A stretch of 64,000 nt of DNA from Camelus ferus. Its lineage: Eukaryota. This document shows, one piece after another, positions 1 to 12,969 of the stretch; position 1 is the first letter of the stretch, and the number at the start of each line of letters is the position of its first letter. The position numbers and the translations under genes are program-made. The stretch spans positions 48,050,001-48,114,000 of the forward strand of contig NC_045711.1 of NCBI RefSeq assembly GCF_009834535.1. The letters run 5' to 3'. The notes below the pieces were generated by a model that worked only from the letters and a program-made list of their open reading frames with translations, made no database searches and was not told the DNA's origin.

Positions 1-3000
1 ACGGAAGCTGGGCTGGATACAAAAAAGGAGAAAAGTCCTTGCAGCCCTGATGCTGCATTTCCCAGCTGAAGCTGAGAGCACCCCACGATCATCCCGTGAC
101 CATCCGTTCATAGTAGCTATGACTGATTGGGATGTGCCAGGCTCAGTCTTCACAGGAGCCTCACAAAGCAGATGTGATTGCCCCTGGAAATTACGAACCC
201 CATCATCAGAGGCTCAGACAAGTCCTGTGGCTCCTTCCTTTCTCAGCCAGAGCTCGAATTCAAATCTAAAGTTCTTTGTGCTCAGCTCTTCTGCCTGTTG
301 TGTTTGCAAAAATTACTTTTATTTACACTATCTCACTGATATCCATCGTGGTCCCTCCTCTTCCTGACCCTGGCCTGAGGAATGCTGAGGCAGCAGGAAT
401 AATACGCTCCCCCTGGGAATTTGTGGAGGTGCAGCCACTGTCTATGCCTTTAAGCCAGCCTCCAAGGTGGCCGACTGACTAGGCCAGGGTAGGGCTGGTG
501 TTGCCCCTGGAGGAGTGAGAAACTGTAACCCTGGGTGACAGGAAGGGAGGGAGAGGTCTCATGCTCCAGCCCTGAGTCATAGGCAGCCTGGGTGTGGAGG
601 GCAAGATACTAGGCTGTAGGCACATTGACCCGAAGTTCCACCACATTCCCTCACCCAGAGCTGTGAGCAGGCCGCTTCCCCTACCTCCATAGTGATTCTA
701 TAGAGGTGGGCTGGCCCAAGCCTTGCCCAAGTGCCAGGGATCTTGCTTCTGTCCCCATCAGCCTCTGTTTACCTTTCTGTGGAGTGGGTTGTAGCTTTGG
801 AGCTGCAGGCAAGGGAGACCTGAGGATGAGGCTGGAGCCTAGGGTCTGGATTTTTGTGAATAGGGAAACAGTGGACTTCAACAGCAACAGGAAGGATTCC
901 AGTTGCATGCCTCAAGGTGTCCTTTGCTCCCTGAGTCCTGAGTCCCAGGAATGCTTCTCTGAAATCTTACCTGTGTCCTCCAAGAAAGGGAGGACTCTTG
1001 CCCTGGGACAGGGCTCATGGGACAGGGGAAAGAGGCAGACAGAGGGTCATTGTGGGCTTGTATTGACTTATTTCCCTGACTGTGTCCTTCACCAGACTCG
1101 ACTTGAGACAGGGATGGTTTTTTTTTTTTTTCTTTTTCATTTGGGGTCCCTTTGGGGTGCCCGGCCCAGGCTTGGCCCACAGGGGCTGTTGAGTGACTTG
1201 CCATCTTCTACCCTGGCTCCACCCCCCCTGCCCCACACTTTCCTACCCCAAAGAGGACACAGTGGCAGTAGCTGCTGGATTCTCCTCAACCTTGGAGCCC
1301 TCCTCCACAGAGGGGAGGGAAGGAAATGACGGGGAGCAGCTAGTGGTGCCAGGCTTGGAGCCTGTATCATCTCGTTACTCCTCCCAGCATCTCTGTGCGA
1401 TCATGGTTTTAGCCCCACTTGACAAATACAGAGACCGAGTTCCATAGTTACCTTGAGGACACTCAGTCCACCCTCTTTTTCATTATTCTGCTCCTGAATC
1501 CTTTGTAAGAGAATAGCTGACCACTGCCCCAGCCGCTAACCTGTCTAACTGAGAGCAAGGGATGTCTGGGGGTGAGGTGGGAAAGAGCTCCTGATGGAAA
1601 TGGACACCACCCCCATGTATGGGGTCCCCCCTCCTCCAAATGGCAGCTGGGAGGGGTCTTGTGGAACCCCTGGATGGGCTGTTGGCCCTGTACCCTAGTC
1701 TGGTCAGTGTGTTCTGCCCTCCTTCCCAAGGGACTTGACTCCAGGGTGGGGACCTGGCCCTTTGCTCGGGTAGAGGTGTCAATGTCTCTCCCTTTGTCTC
1801 CTCCAAGTCAGCCGGGGCAGCTCTGGAGGTCCCCAGTCCTAGGACAGTGTGTATTCCTGCCTATGTGTGTGTGTGAAAGTGGGTCATGGTCTGGATTCCA
1901 GAGAATGTTTTTCCTGGCAGGGCCCTGCGGGGGTAGGGGGAGGCGGGGGCCCAGGCAGGGGCATGTGCAGCTGAGCAGGCAGAGGCCAGCAGACTGGGTG
2001 GTGACAGGGCCGGGGCGCTCTGCCAGCGCCTCCCAGGCACTAGGGGAGGGAGGGAGAGGGGCTTTCACTTAGGGGGCTGATGGGGGCAGGGACGACCCTG
2101 TTCTAGTTTTCCAAAGGTGGGTTGTATGCATGGGCTTTTGCATCTGGAGGAGTCTGGGCTGGGCTCTGGGATAGGCCCAGATTGGGGTGGGGGCCAGGCT
2201 TACACCAGCCATCCCTTTGCTGCCAGACTTCCCGCTGGCCTGCTTCCCAAAGAGTGGTTCTCCTGTCGCTTCATTTACTGTTCCACCACTGGAGTGTCCT
2301 TTGGGTCTCCTTGATAGGGAAAATACCCTGTTAGACGGTGATTACCCCCCAAATTATCTCACGGTCTCTGGTTGGAGTGGGTCAGAGTGAGGGAGGTGAA
2401 ATCCCAACCTCTCAGCTTCCCTGTTTCTGTCCCCTTCTCCGAAGCATCGTAGAAGCACCCCTTGGCTGGGAAACACGTTTTGAAAAGCACCACCTTGGGG
2501 GAATTTTTTGACAGGTGGCCAAGAATCAGGAGTGTGCCAGGCACTTCGGAAGTCTCCCTGGGCCCTTCCCTGGCTTCTGGCCTCTTTCTTTGAGAGATCA
2601 GGAGTGTCTCTCTTGACTGCTGGGAGATGGGGCAGGGACAAGCCGGCTGGGTCACCCCAGCAGCTCTCGATTTCCAGGTCCTGGAAGTTGGACTCCTGGT
2701 GGGTGCTGATCCCAGGGCCTCATCGGGGCGGATTTCTCTCATTTGCATGGATTTGCCTGAGCATCAGTGTTTCTTAGGATGGGGTCACCTCTGCTGCATC
2801 CTGCAGTTCCCCTGCCCTCATGGTCTTCCACCCTGTTCCTATCCCTCAGCTGCCCTGGACTGGTCCTTGCTTGGTTCTGGGTCCCTGGGCTTTGCTGGAG
2901 TCTTCCCTGTCACTCATGCTCAGTCACACACATTGTAGCTGTGGTTGGGCACAGTAGAGCCCCATCTGCACCCCAGCACACGCACGTGCGCGCACACACA

Positions 3001-3059
3001 CACACCCTCCCGTGCAAGCTGCTGAGGTTCGTCCTTGCTGCGCCCAGCACCTGACATTC

Positions 3060-3235
3060 ACTACTTAGAGGTGCCAGGTGCTGTGCTGAGGGCTTGGTAG
3101 GTCATTTCTTATTTAATCCTCAACGATCCCAAGAGGGATGTGTACTATGATTTGCATTCTATAGACACTGAAATGGCTCCAAGGTGTGGATCCTGACCAA
3201 AGCCACCCAGCTAGTCAGGGTGGGGCTTTGATGTC
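3060..3235 (-). mobile_element. MIR
   Basis: GTGCCAGGTGCTGTGCTGAG...TTTAATCCTCAAC...GACCAAAGCCACCCAGCTAGT. Confidence 0.7.
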
Positions 3236-3856
3236 CACTACGGGGATGGGGGTCCACCCCCAAGCAGAGCTCTTTAGTGCATCAGAGGGAGACCAGCCCA
3301 AGGGTGGGAGAAGAGGGAGGGAAGGGTAGGAAGAGTGTGGGTGTGGTGACTAGAGCCTGGGTACCCACCCCTACTGTGGGTGAGGGTCCCTCAGGATGGG
3401 GAGGCATCAGGGCCTGTGTGTTGCTCAGGCCGAGGCGTGTCTCAAGGCCCTGGTGTAGGGGTATGAGGGCCTGGGTGTGTAGAGGCTGGGCTGTCCTCTT
3501 CTCTAGGCCTTGTCAAGGCCAAGGAGCTACCCAGCACGTTCAGCAGCGGCTTCTTAGCAACCCTGGCGCAGCTTTGCATAAGCAATGAGGCTTCTCCTGC
3601 TCAGGCAGTGGAGTGGTCTAGGGTAGGGTGGAGCTGACCCTTCTCTGCCTTCTCCCCCTCCTGACAGCTCCACTGGCTGACTGGTGAGGGGTGGGACCAG
3701 GGAGGGCAGTGTCCCCAGCTGCCAGAGCCTGTGACCTGAGATGTCCCCGGGGGCATGTCTGTGCTCCAGTCTCAAGGGTGGAGCGCTCCTTCCTAGGGCC
3801 TGAGCCCCGCTCCTGACTCCTAGTGTCTGATGGGTGTTCTCTGCCTCTGTCCCCAG

Positions 3857-3951
3857 TTCTGGCATAAAGCATGCTTCCATTGCGAAACCTGCAAGATGAC
3901 ACTCAACATGAAGAACTACAAGGGCTATGAGAAGAAGCCCTACTGCAACGC
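3857..3951 (+). CDS. LASP1: LASP1 coding exon 2 (LIM domain, C-terminal part)
   Basis: cccAG|TTC TGG CAT AAA GCA TGC TTC CAT TGC... = [32 protein letters not shown]; ends GC|GTGAGT; 95 nt, phase 0-2. Confidence 0.98.
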
Positions 3952-6900
3952 GTGAGTCCTGCCTCAGGGCGGGGGCTGGGGGCGCCTGGGCTGCCTCCCC
4001 GTCCTTCCCTCCATTCTGATACCCCCTCCAGGTGACCTGGCCCCATTTGATTCCCATTTTACAGAGAAGGCAACTGAGGCTTGAGGAGGGGAAGGGACTT
4101 TCCCAAGAGGCTAGTGGGAGGCTACTTCAAACCCAGGAGAGCAAGCTTGTTCTTTCCACTGCTCCCTGCTGTGAAGGAGGGTTCCAGCAAGGTCTTTCAG
4201 GAAAAAGTGGCCTCCCCTGTTTCCGCTCAGTTGTGTTCTCTGCTTGGCCTCCCGCATTTCTCTCTCCATAACAGCAGCTGCCTCCTCTCACCTGCCCAGT
4301 TGCAGAGGCTCTGGGCACTAGGCCTGGGGGCTCCTGGCTGCAGCCCTTTCTCATCATTTCTTGACAAGTGGGGGCAACGTGAAGGCATGATAGCTTTCTT
4401 CCCTGTCTGGTGAGGGGACTGCCAAGACCCGGTGTCTTTTCCAGTGGAACTGGTTTGGGATCTGTTCCTTCCCTACTGGGACCTGCAGCCTGGTCCGCTG
4501 CGGGGAGGTAGATAGAGGTGGGGGTCCCCCATCCCAGAAGGATCCCTCTATCCCATCCCATGCATTTATAGAAAATGCAACACCTTCTGAATTCAGGTTG
4601 ACCACATGTGGGTCACGACATACACAGGACCTCAGCCACCCTACTAGGTGGGAGCTTCAGAAGGTCAAGTCACTTGAAGTAGGTGGCAAGATCCGTATTT
4701 GAGAAACTTCAGGATCTGACTTTGAGTCCTTTTTTTTTTTTTTTAATATATATTCTCAGTCAGGAGGCTTTCTGCAGCTGAAGTTCACCTAGAAGAGGAA
4801 CTCTGGGATTTGTCTAGAAGGGGATGGGACCGTAAATCCCCCTCGCTGTACTCCCCTCCCCTGCTAATACCACAGCCTCATCTCCTTGGAGGTTGGAGGA
4901 TTCATCAGGCACTGATTGCCTAGGGGCTGCTCGATGCCCACCTGTGCCAGGTGCTTCGAAAACAGATTTCCACATTGCCGAGAAAATCTTAAGCTGGAGA
5001 AGCTCCCTGAATGTCCCTGAATGTCGTCTCTTCTGGGAAGTTTGCCTGGGGTGGAGGGAGGGTCATAGCTCTCTCCTGGCTCCTCCCTCAGCTGCCCCTT
5101 CTCTCTTAACTTCCACTCATCCTCCTTCCCCTACCAACCCCTCCCACCCCCCCAAGGGAAATGGGACATTCTTCAAATTCTTAAGAGCTCAGACAAGCCT
5201 TGATTCTCTGCCACTTCCTCCCTCTGTTGGGGAGTGGGGTGGGGTTCAGCAAAGCCAGAGGCCGGGGCAGTTAACCTCTTGACTGCTGGACCACTTCACG
5301 CTAGATTCTGGGCATCCAGGCTCCTTTGGGGGCCATTTTGGAGACTCCACCCATCCAGGCAGGAGTCTGGCTGAGCCTGGAACCCAGGGGGTAGTAGGGA
5401 CTGAGGCTTCTTCACTGCTCTTCCTAAGACACCAGTAGCCTAGAAAGCAGCGAGCACTGGGAGTTGGAGAAAGAAATCTGAGGTTTGTCCTTGTTTTCTT
5501 GATGTTTTCTCAGCCTAGTGCCAAAGTCCCAGCTTACTTTTCTTGCCCTCTTCTGGGGAGACTGCAGCAGGTGGGGGTGGGGAACTCCAGCAGGGGTTGG
5601 GGGGCTTCCAGGGAAGGTGGAAGATGCTGTTTCCAACCCACCCAGTCTCTCTTCTGGCTTCCAGCCAGAGAAGCAGGTTGACCCCTCACCATTCCCTCGG
5701 ACTTTCCAGCCCTAGCCTCTGCCATGCTGAGTTGACCTTTGACCCAGCTGGGAAGGACCCTGGATAAGGGGCTGAAGACTTGGGGGATTTGTGGCCCAGC
5801 TGTGTTTCATTCCAGCTGCGGTAGCACCTTGCCCAAGGCAGCCACACTCCCTCAGCCAGTGTCTGCTGAGTGGTTAGTCTGTGCCAGTGGGCCAGATATG
5901 GGGATTCCGGGATAACCCAGATGTGGGCCCGGCTTGCAAGGGGAGCCCTCTGAGCCTTGACTTTCCTGTGGTTAAAAGTCCCTACTCAGGGATGTTGGAC
6001 CCTGGACCAAAAAGTTTTGAATCCCTGCTGTGTGCCAGGCGCTGTGCTGAGTGTTCATGCTCATCTCTTCCTGTTTTCTTCCTGCCTTTGGCTCCATCCC
6101 CCAGTAACATTCAGGTTTTTGAATCCTGGGGTTTCCAGGGTAGAGCTTTGCCCCAATTCCCAGCCTGGTCTTGCTTTGTGAAGCTCAGGCCTGGCTTTTC
6201 AACACCTGCCGCTCAAGACCCACAGGGGCAGGTGATCGCTTCTGGCCCTTTGCCCGGGAGTTGAGCCCACCCAGTGAGTGAGTGCACGAGTTTGGTGTGC
6301 AGGAGGCCTCTACACTCTGTCTATTTCTGGCTTGTCCCTGAGCTGGGATCTCGCAGTGGGGCAGGCACGAGAGAAGGAAGCTGTCTGTCTCTCCCTGGTG
6401 GCTTCTCAGGACTGCGATTTAAGTTCTGAAAAGTGACTGTAAGCAGCAAAAAGGCCTCTTCTATTTCTCTCCTTGCACCAGACTTGTTTGGGGTGAGGTG
6501 GGGGAGAGAACACAGGCCAGAGCCCACAGCCGGCCTCCTGGGTGGTAGTGGGCCCCCAAGGACATGCATTTGTGCACGTGCCTGTGCGTATCCAGACACA
6601 CACATGCCGCAGGCTGTGGGACCAGGGAAGAATGCCTAGGGGTCGAACTGAATAGACAGTGTTTGTGTCCATGCTTCCCAGACCATGGCCACTGAGCATT
6701 GCTACAGCAAGGTAGAGGTGAATATGCCTGCTTTTGCGCAGTAGCCAATGATGGATTAACCACTGTTAATCAAATTTTTTTCTTGAAGCTTCTAGGTAGG
6801 TGGGGTGAGCCAGTTCCCTTGGTTAGAGGAATATGTATGCTCTTTGTGATTTGTTTTGTAAATTACATTTTCCAAAAGTGGGGCCGACCTGTCCACACGT

Positions 6901-9900
6901 ACAAACTGTCTCCTTTGTCTCCATGCAAATAGTTGAGGAGCCTGGAGGTCACAGCAGGGTGGAGGGTGAGGAGGAATGTTCCTTCCCCCTTGGGGGCCAT
7001 GAAGCAATGGAGGCTGCAGGCCCGAGACAGAGTTGCAGCCAGGGGACCCAGCTTTTGGGGTGTCAAGTGAGGAACAGACATGGGCTGGAAAAGAAAGAGG
7101 GGAGACTCAGTTGTACCTCGCCCCTCTCTACTGGCTGCAGATATTTGAGTTCTGTCCTTCGCTTGTCTTGAACTGTGGGCTGAGGAGCTGAGGAGGGTGG
7201 AGGTGTCCCTGGTTCTGCTCCTTCCCCTAAGCCTCAAAGAGTGGGGTGGGGCCTGCACTGGTGGGGCTGGGCTGCTCGGAGTGTCTCTATCCTAGCAAAC
7301 TGTCTTGAATCCAGCTGCTCTTTGGGGGTGGGGCGGTGGTGGGCAGATCCAGGACTGGGGTCTGGGGCTTTTCTGCCTCTTCAGAGTTCTCTGCCCCTGA
7401 CTGGGAAAAACGGGATCAGATCTCTTGGGGAGCTGGAGGTAGCACCAGGAGAGAGAGTGGGAGGGGTGTGTGTGGTGTGTTTGGGATGGAGGAGTTCACA
7501 AAGGGGCATCCACAGTGACCAGTGTGGCCTCTAGGAAGCCCCCACCTCACTCTCACCCCCCTAATCCTTACACTCAAATGTCAGGGCCTCAAGGAACCTC
7601 AAGGATCACTTTGCTTCCTAACACCCCATTTCATAGATGAGGAAACTGAGGCCCAGTGTTCCCATGCCTTACAAACTTGGCAGGATCATTTCTCTTTATG
7701 TAGTGCCATTGGCTTTGATTTTTCATTTTGTCTATGACCCCTGAGGGCTGGTAGGTCCTTCTTCATGTCTAGCTTTGATCTTTTGGGCTGCTCATTTTTT
7801 TCCTCTGGTCAAACAATGCCTCTTTGTTGCTTCCTGTTTCCATCATTTCAGCCCTTTAGGCCTGGGGAACTGGTGAGAAACTGGGTTAGAATGGATCCCC
7901 CCCACCGCTTGCCCATGGGCAGTGCTCCCAGCAGGGGAATCAGTAGCTCCTTCCAGAGGCAGGATGTAGGGGCTGTGGGGTTTTTTTTCCCCCTTTTGGT
8001 AAAACCAAAGGCTCCTTGTTGCTTTTGTTGATGTATTTTTGTTCCTCCTTGAACAAAAAGCTGTGGTTTTTGAAGGGGTCTAAGGCTGGAAGCAGCAAGG
8101 TTGCCTGTAGAAGGGGGAGCTAGGCTTCCTGGATATCTGGTCTGTTCTTGTTCTGCTTCTGAAATGCAGCAAGTGGTAGGGCTGGGAGTGGGGCTTTGCC
8201 CTGCAAGCTGTCCCTGTCACCAGGAAGCCCCAGCAGGAGCCTTGCAGCTTCTCAGCATCCTTCCTGTCCTCATCGTCCCTCCAAGCAGGAAGGTGATGCA
8301 GAGGTCCTCAGGGATAATCCTGAGGGGCAGAGGCACCCCTTCTCCTGCACCCCCATTGGTCATTGTCTGGACTCTTGAGATCCTGCTTTAGACATGTTTT
8401 AAGGAGTAGGCGGCTGCTGACTGGGAGTGGCTGACAGACCCCAGAGGAGTCTCTCATAATAGCCAAGCTTGGAAACCGGTTGTGTTTGAAAGGGGAAGTA
8501 CTTTGTTCTACATACACCCAAGCAAGCAAATCTTTGTCTTGAGTAGGGAGTGAGCTGGGGTCCACTTGAGAGAGGGATGTCAGCCTGCCCTTACGGGCAT
8601 TTGTGGTGTGGGGGAGAGTGCATTGGGTCAGGTCTCTCTGTCCTTGACACTCAGCCTCAGTTTCTTTATCTGTAAAACGGGCACAGTGACATTGCCTGCC
8701 TTTTCTAGCCCACAGCCTTGCGGCAGGTTTCAAGAGAGAATGTGCGCAGGATACAATATATCAAGAAGTTGCTTTGTGTGCCTCTAAGTTCTCCTAGAAG
8801 CCTAGGCTACTGCGGACAGCTGCCTGATGGCCCTGTCCGTCCCTGTGCTTGCCCTAATGGATGCTGGTTCCCGTCCCCTGCCCCCCCCAGGCTTCCTGTC
8901 CTCGTGGGCTCTCCATGCCTGTCTCTTCCTCAGAGCAGCTGATGCTGCTGTGGAGGGCGGGGAGGGGCATCCGCAGAGGGCCCACCGCTTGGAATGACTA
9001 ACAAGGGGCCGGGTGCAGACTGGCCCACAGAAGGGACAAAGAACAGCTGTGCTCTGGACCCAGCTTCAGGCCAGAGCTGGGACGCCCAGTTCTCCCCACC
9101 CTGGCCCCTCGTTCCTTCACCATGGCCCAGTCTGTTGGTGGGGCTGGCTGGGACAGGGGGTCCCCCTCTTCTGTCTTAGCGCCTACATTGGGATACACAG
9201 GCATCCATTCATCTTGACTGGGATCTGAGGGTAATGGGTGGGGGAGCTTCAACCTGAGGATAGAGAAGAGGGGGAAAGGTAGAATTCCCAGCAGTTGTTT
9301 CTGGAAGGAGGTCAAATCCTGGAGCCCTCTTGGAAGGCAGTCATGTTGGTGGGAGAGGGACACAGCACCGGTCTTCTTGTGTCCTGCCTTCTATAAGCAA
9401 ACCTGGGGCACCCGTCTTCCTCCCCGAAATTGTCTACAAGGATCCTGCAGACACAGTCTTCTGGTTTTGCCCTCATGGGCTCCTCTGCAGTTGAGGACAC
9501 CCGTGCTGTCTGTCTCTTCCCCCACCCCCACAGTCTCTGTCTGCCCGCTCTCGCCCTGCTGCTCTCCTGCCTGGAGCTGAGGATGAGGTTGCCATGGGAA
9601 CCCAAAGCGCAGTGAGCAGGGGAAGGAAAGGCAGAGTTGTCTCGCCAGGGCTGGGGGCAGTGGGGAGGGGACAGGGTTGACCCAGCAGGAGGAATATAGC
9701 TGGTGCTCATGTCTGCCTGCCTTCCTCTGGCCTGGGGTCGGGGTTTAGGGGGCAGAGGTAAGAGACTGGAGGCTCTGGAGCCCCTCTTTAATCTGTTTTA
9801 ATCTGATACAGGCTTAAAATCCCCCTCCTCCTCCCACCAGATTAAGCTGAGTCAACATCTAGGCTGGGCCCCCTTTCCCTTCTGATGGAATTAGTGTTCT

Positions 9901-11501
9901 GGCGGTGGGGGGCTGAGATCTGGGGGTCATGATGGCTCCAAAGAGAGGATGAAATACCTGCCAACCCCATCCAGAGGCACCCGCTGCCCGTTGGGCGTGC
10001 TCCTGAGACCCTCCTGAGACCCTCCTGGTGGAGTGTAGGAGCTGTGTGAATGTGGACCTGCTGGCCGCGGTGTCTGGGAGACATGCGTCGCTGCAGAAGA
10101 CCTGTGTATATATTCGTGTGTGAGGAACCACACTGAGTGTGTGGGAGCCTTGGAATTGTGGTGTGGGGGCGCGTCAGGTGCGCATGTCTGGCTGACCTTG
10201 GGCTGCTGGAGCTGGCACTCCGTTTTAACCCTGTACGTTCAGGCAAATAGGAAACCCTGCGTGTGCAGGCTGGCTCCCGTGTGCATGTGTTTGCTGAGCC
10301 TGGCAGGCACACTTCCCCACCAAATGCTAACCAGTGCAATCTTCTCAGAACTGACCCTTCAGGTTCTGGGCCAGAGCTTCCCTGAAGGTCTCCTCTGTCG
10401 CTCTGCTTCAGGACCTAACCTCCCTTTTGTGCCACATGAATCTCTATTTACAGATGCTCACCACACTCCCCTACCCCCCAACCCTTGATGCCTTCATAAT
10501 GTCTCTGATTTGGTGAGAGTCACCCCCCCTAGCCCTGCCTCCTAGGACCTCAGGGCCAGCCAGTTCTGCTAGAGATCTTACTTAGATCCCTCCTGCTGTT
10601 CTCTTTCTAGTCTCCAGGAACAGACTCCCGGTTGGTCCTCCGTTTCCCTGGAACTGCTCAGGACTTTTGAATGCAGCTCCTCAGCAGTGGGTGGAGCTGG
10701 ACCAAGCCTGGGGACTGGACCCACAGCCTAGGCCCCACATTCATCCATGGGCCATTTCTATTGCCAGCTGCAGGCACCTGTGTTTGCTTTTGCGTCTCTG
10801 CTCTTCCCCCTCCTCTGCTCGGGGAGCCGTGGGCCTGGCTGCTCTGGGAGGTAGGACGCAGTTGGGGCAGTGGAGGCTTGGAGCACAGCTGGAATCCCCT
10901 TGCTGTGATTCTAGTTCCAAGATAGTGGCACCAGCCCAGAGGGTAAAAAGATTTGCCAGAGTCACCCTGTGAGATAGTGGCAGAGCCAGCGTCCTGCACT
11001 GTGCTCTTTATAGTCACATCCCCCTTGGTTGACTTTTCCAGGACCTCAAGTCCTACCCTTGACAGCGGGAAGTTTTGTGGGATTATTGACAGTTCTGGCT
11101 CAGGGCAGGGCAGGCAGCTGGAAAACATGCCAGGCTTGGTGAAGCACACAGAGGGGGGAGGGTGGCTGGAAGTAGGCAATCTGTCTCTTACCTGGGGACA
11201 GCCTGTGAGTCAGGCATCTGCCAGCAGTCACAGTTGTGGTGAGGTGTGGTCACCCAGCGCTAAAAATGGCCAGACCTTGGCCGCTGCCCAGAGAAGCCAC
11301 CCACCAGTCCCTGAAATTGTTGGGGCCCATGTGGGCCCCCGGCCATTTTTTGTACCATCACCTACACACAAACCACAGTGCCTCAGGGCTGACTCTCCTT
11401 TAGCTGGTTTGCTGGGAGACTTTGTGTTGACCCAGTGGGATGTAGGAGACCCGAGTTCTAGTCCTGGCCCAACTAGTAGGACATTTGTTTATTCAACAAA
11501 A

Positions 11502-11588
11502 TTTTTTTTTGTGGTGGAGGTACTGGAGATTGAACCCGGACCTCGCACATGCTAAGCATGCACTCTACCACTGAGCTATACCCTTCCC
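11502..11588 (-). mobile_element. tRNA-Ala-derived SINE (camelid-type) with target-site duplication
   Basis: Reverse complement of GGGTATAGCTCAGTGGTAGAGTGCATGCTTAGCATG...; T-tail; ATTCAACAAA repeated at 11491-11500 and 11593-11602. Confidence 0.9.
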
Positions 11589-11959
11589 TCTCATTCAACA
11601 AATTTATTGAATTAAACACCAGGTACTATTTTGGGAGCTTAGGATCAATCAATGAGCAAGAGACCAAGAACCCCCTCACCTCATAGAGAAACGGAGAGAG
11701 AAAACAATAAACCGATGCAATAAATAATTATGAAGTCAGCTAAGTGCTAAGTGCCTGGCGCCAGCACACCGCTTCCTCCTCTGGGAAATGAGGGGGTTGG
11801 ACCGGATGGTCCTGGAGGTCCCCGCAGGCTTGGCTCTGACAGTTGCCCTGGCTCCTGCTACCGCCAAGCCAGCCCTCTTTTTGGGGGACAGACTATGGTC
11901 TGTCCTGTGTCTGAGACTGGAAGGTTTGATGCAGGGTGCTGGGTCCTGGGAGATTGTTT

Positions 11960-12135
11960 GGGTACAAATCTGGATGTTACCCTTTATTGGCCCTGTGCCT
12001 TGGCCACATTTTTTAACCTTTCCAAGCCGCTGTTCTCCCATCTGTCAAAGGGGAACAATAGGGCGGTTGTGAGAATTTGATGAACTAAGGCATGGGCACC
12101 CAGGGCAAACGGCGACAGTGGTTACAGTATTGTTA
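11960..12135 (+). mobile_element. MIR
   Basis: CAAATCTGG...CCTTGGCCACATTTTTTAACCTTTCCAAGCC..CTCCCATCTGTCAAAGGGG. Confidence 0.65.
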
Positions 12136-12355
12136 TCTGTCACCCGTAGGTGACCTCTTTTCTGGCCTCAAGCTGACCTCCCACCTACCTTCCAGTTAAG
12201 CTGGACCATGTTAGCCCTTTGAAACACCACTCTGGATGTGTGCATTTTTTTCTCTCACTGCCTTTTCCAGGAAGCCTCCCTGGATATGCATGTCACTTTC
12301 CTCTTGACTTCTGTCTCTGTATTCCTCCTGCCCTTCCTCTGCTTGATTGGTCTCT

Positions 12356-12500
12356 CTTTTTTTTAATTTGAAGTGTAGTTGATTTATAATGTTGTGTTAG
12401 TTTCAGGTAGCCAGCAAAATGATTCAGTTACACATATATTTTTTTCAGATTTTTTTCCCATTATAGGATATTACAAGATACTGAATGTTGGTCTCCATCT
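12356..12500 (-). mobile_element. L1 3' end fragment
   Basis: TTTTAATTTGAAGTGTAGTTGATTTATAATGTTGTGTTAGTTTCAGG...CCATTATAGGATATTACAAGATACTGAAT, typical antisense L1 terminus. Confidence 0.8.
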
Positions 12501-12884
12501 CTGGTATCAGCTGAAAGCTTTGTCCTGACCCCGTGGGCATCTTCTCCCCAGTCTGGCTAGGCCCTCCTGGGTACCTGACCTCCTTGACCCTGTGCAGTAG
12601 ACATGGATTATCCCCAAACAAGAGTGATCTGACCCCCTTAGAGAGTGTCCTCCTGGCCTCCCTTTGGAGTTCCTGGTGGCTAGCCCGCCACTCAGGCCTG
12701 ATGTGTCTTCCCAGTTTAGTCCAGGCTGAGTCTGAGAAACGCTTGCTTCCCCTTGTCTATAGGCGGTGGGCACTCTGGTCCTAATGCTGGGGCAGAGGCC
12801 ATCCAAGGATAAGAGGATAAAAAGCCCAGGGGTTCCCACCCTTTCACCCACAGTGACCCCCTACTCTTTTTTTCTGTGCTGCAG

Positions 12885-12969
12885 ACACTACCCCAAGCAG
12901 TCTTTCACCATGGTGGCTGACACCCCGGAAAACCTCCGCCTCAAGCAACAGAGTGAGCTCCAGAGTCAG
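12885..12969 (+). CDS. LASP1: LASP1 coding exon 3 (end of LIM domain, nebulin repeat 1)
   Basis: tgcAG|A CAC TAC CCC AAG = [28 protein letters not shown]; donor CAG|GTGAGG; 85 nt; frame continuous with exon 2. Confidence 0.98.

Noticed and set aside
706-1329. 207-aa ORF, and similar 150-200 aa ORFs at 10953, 18589, 33175 and 35436
   Set aside because: Low-complexity Pro/Gly/Ser/Leu-rich translations, often with non-ATG starts, in GC-rich intron or UTR where stops are rare; no recognisable domain.
1926-1955. G-quadruplex-like runs (also near 15095, 15150 and 21972)
   Set aside because: Very common in this GC-rich domain; nothing singles out an individual site.
10000-10027. Short tandem duplication (CTCCTGAGACC) x2.5
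   Set aside because: Ordinary slippage duplication with no functional context.
573-11212. Isolated AP-1 heptamers (TGAGTCA at 573, 9848, 11206)
   Set aside because: A handful of such 7-mers is expected by chance in 64 kb, and there is no clustering.
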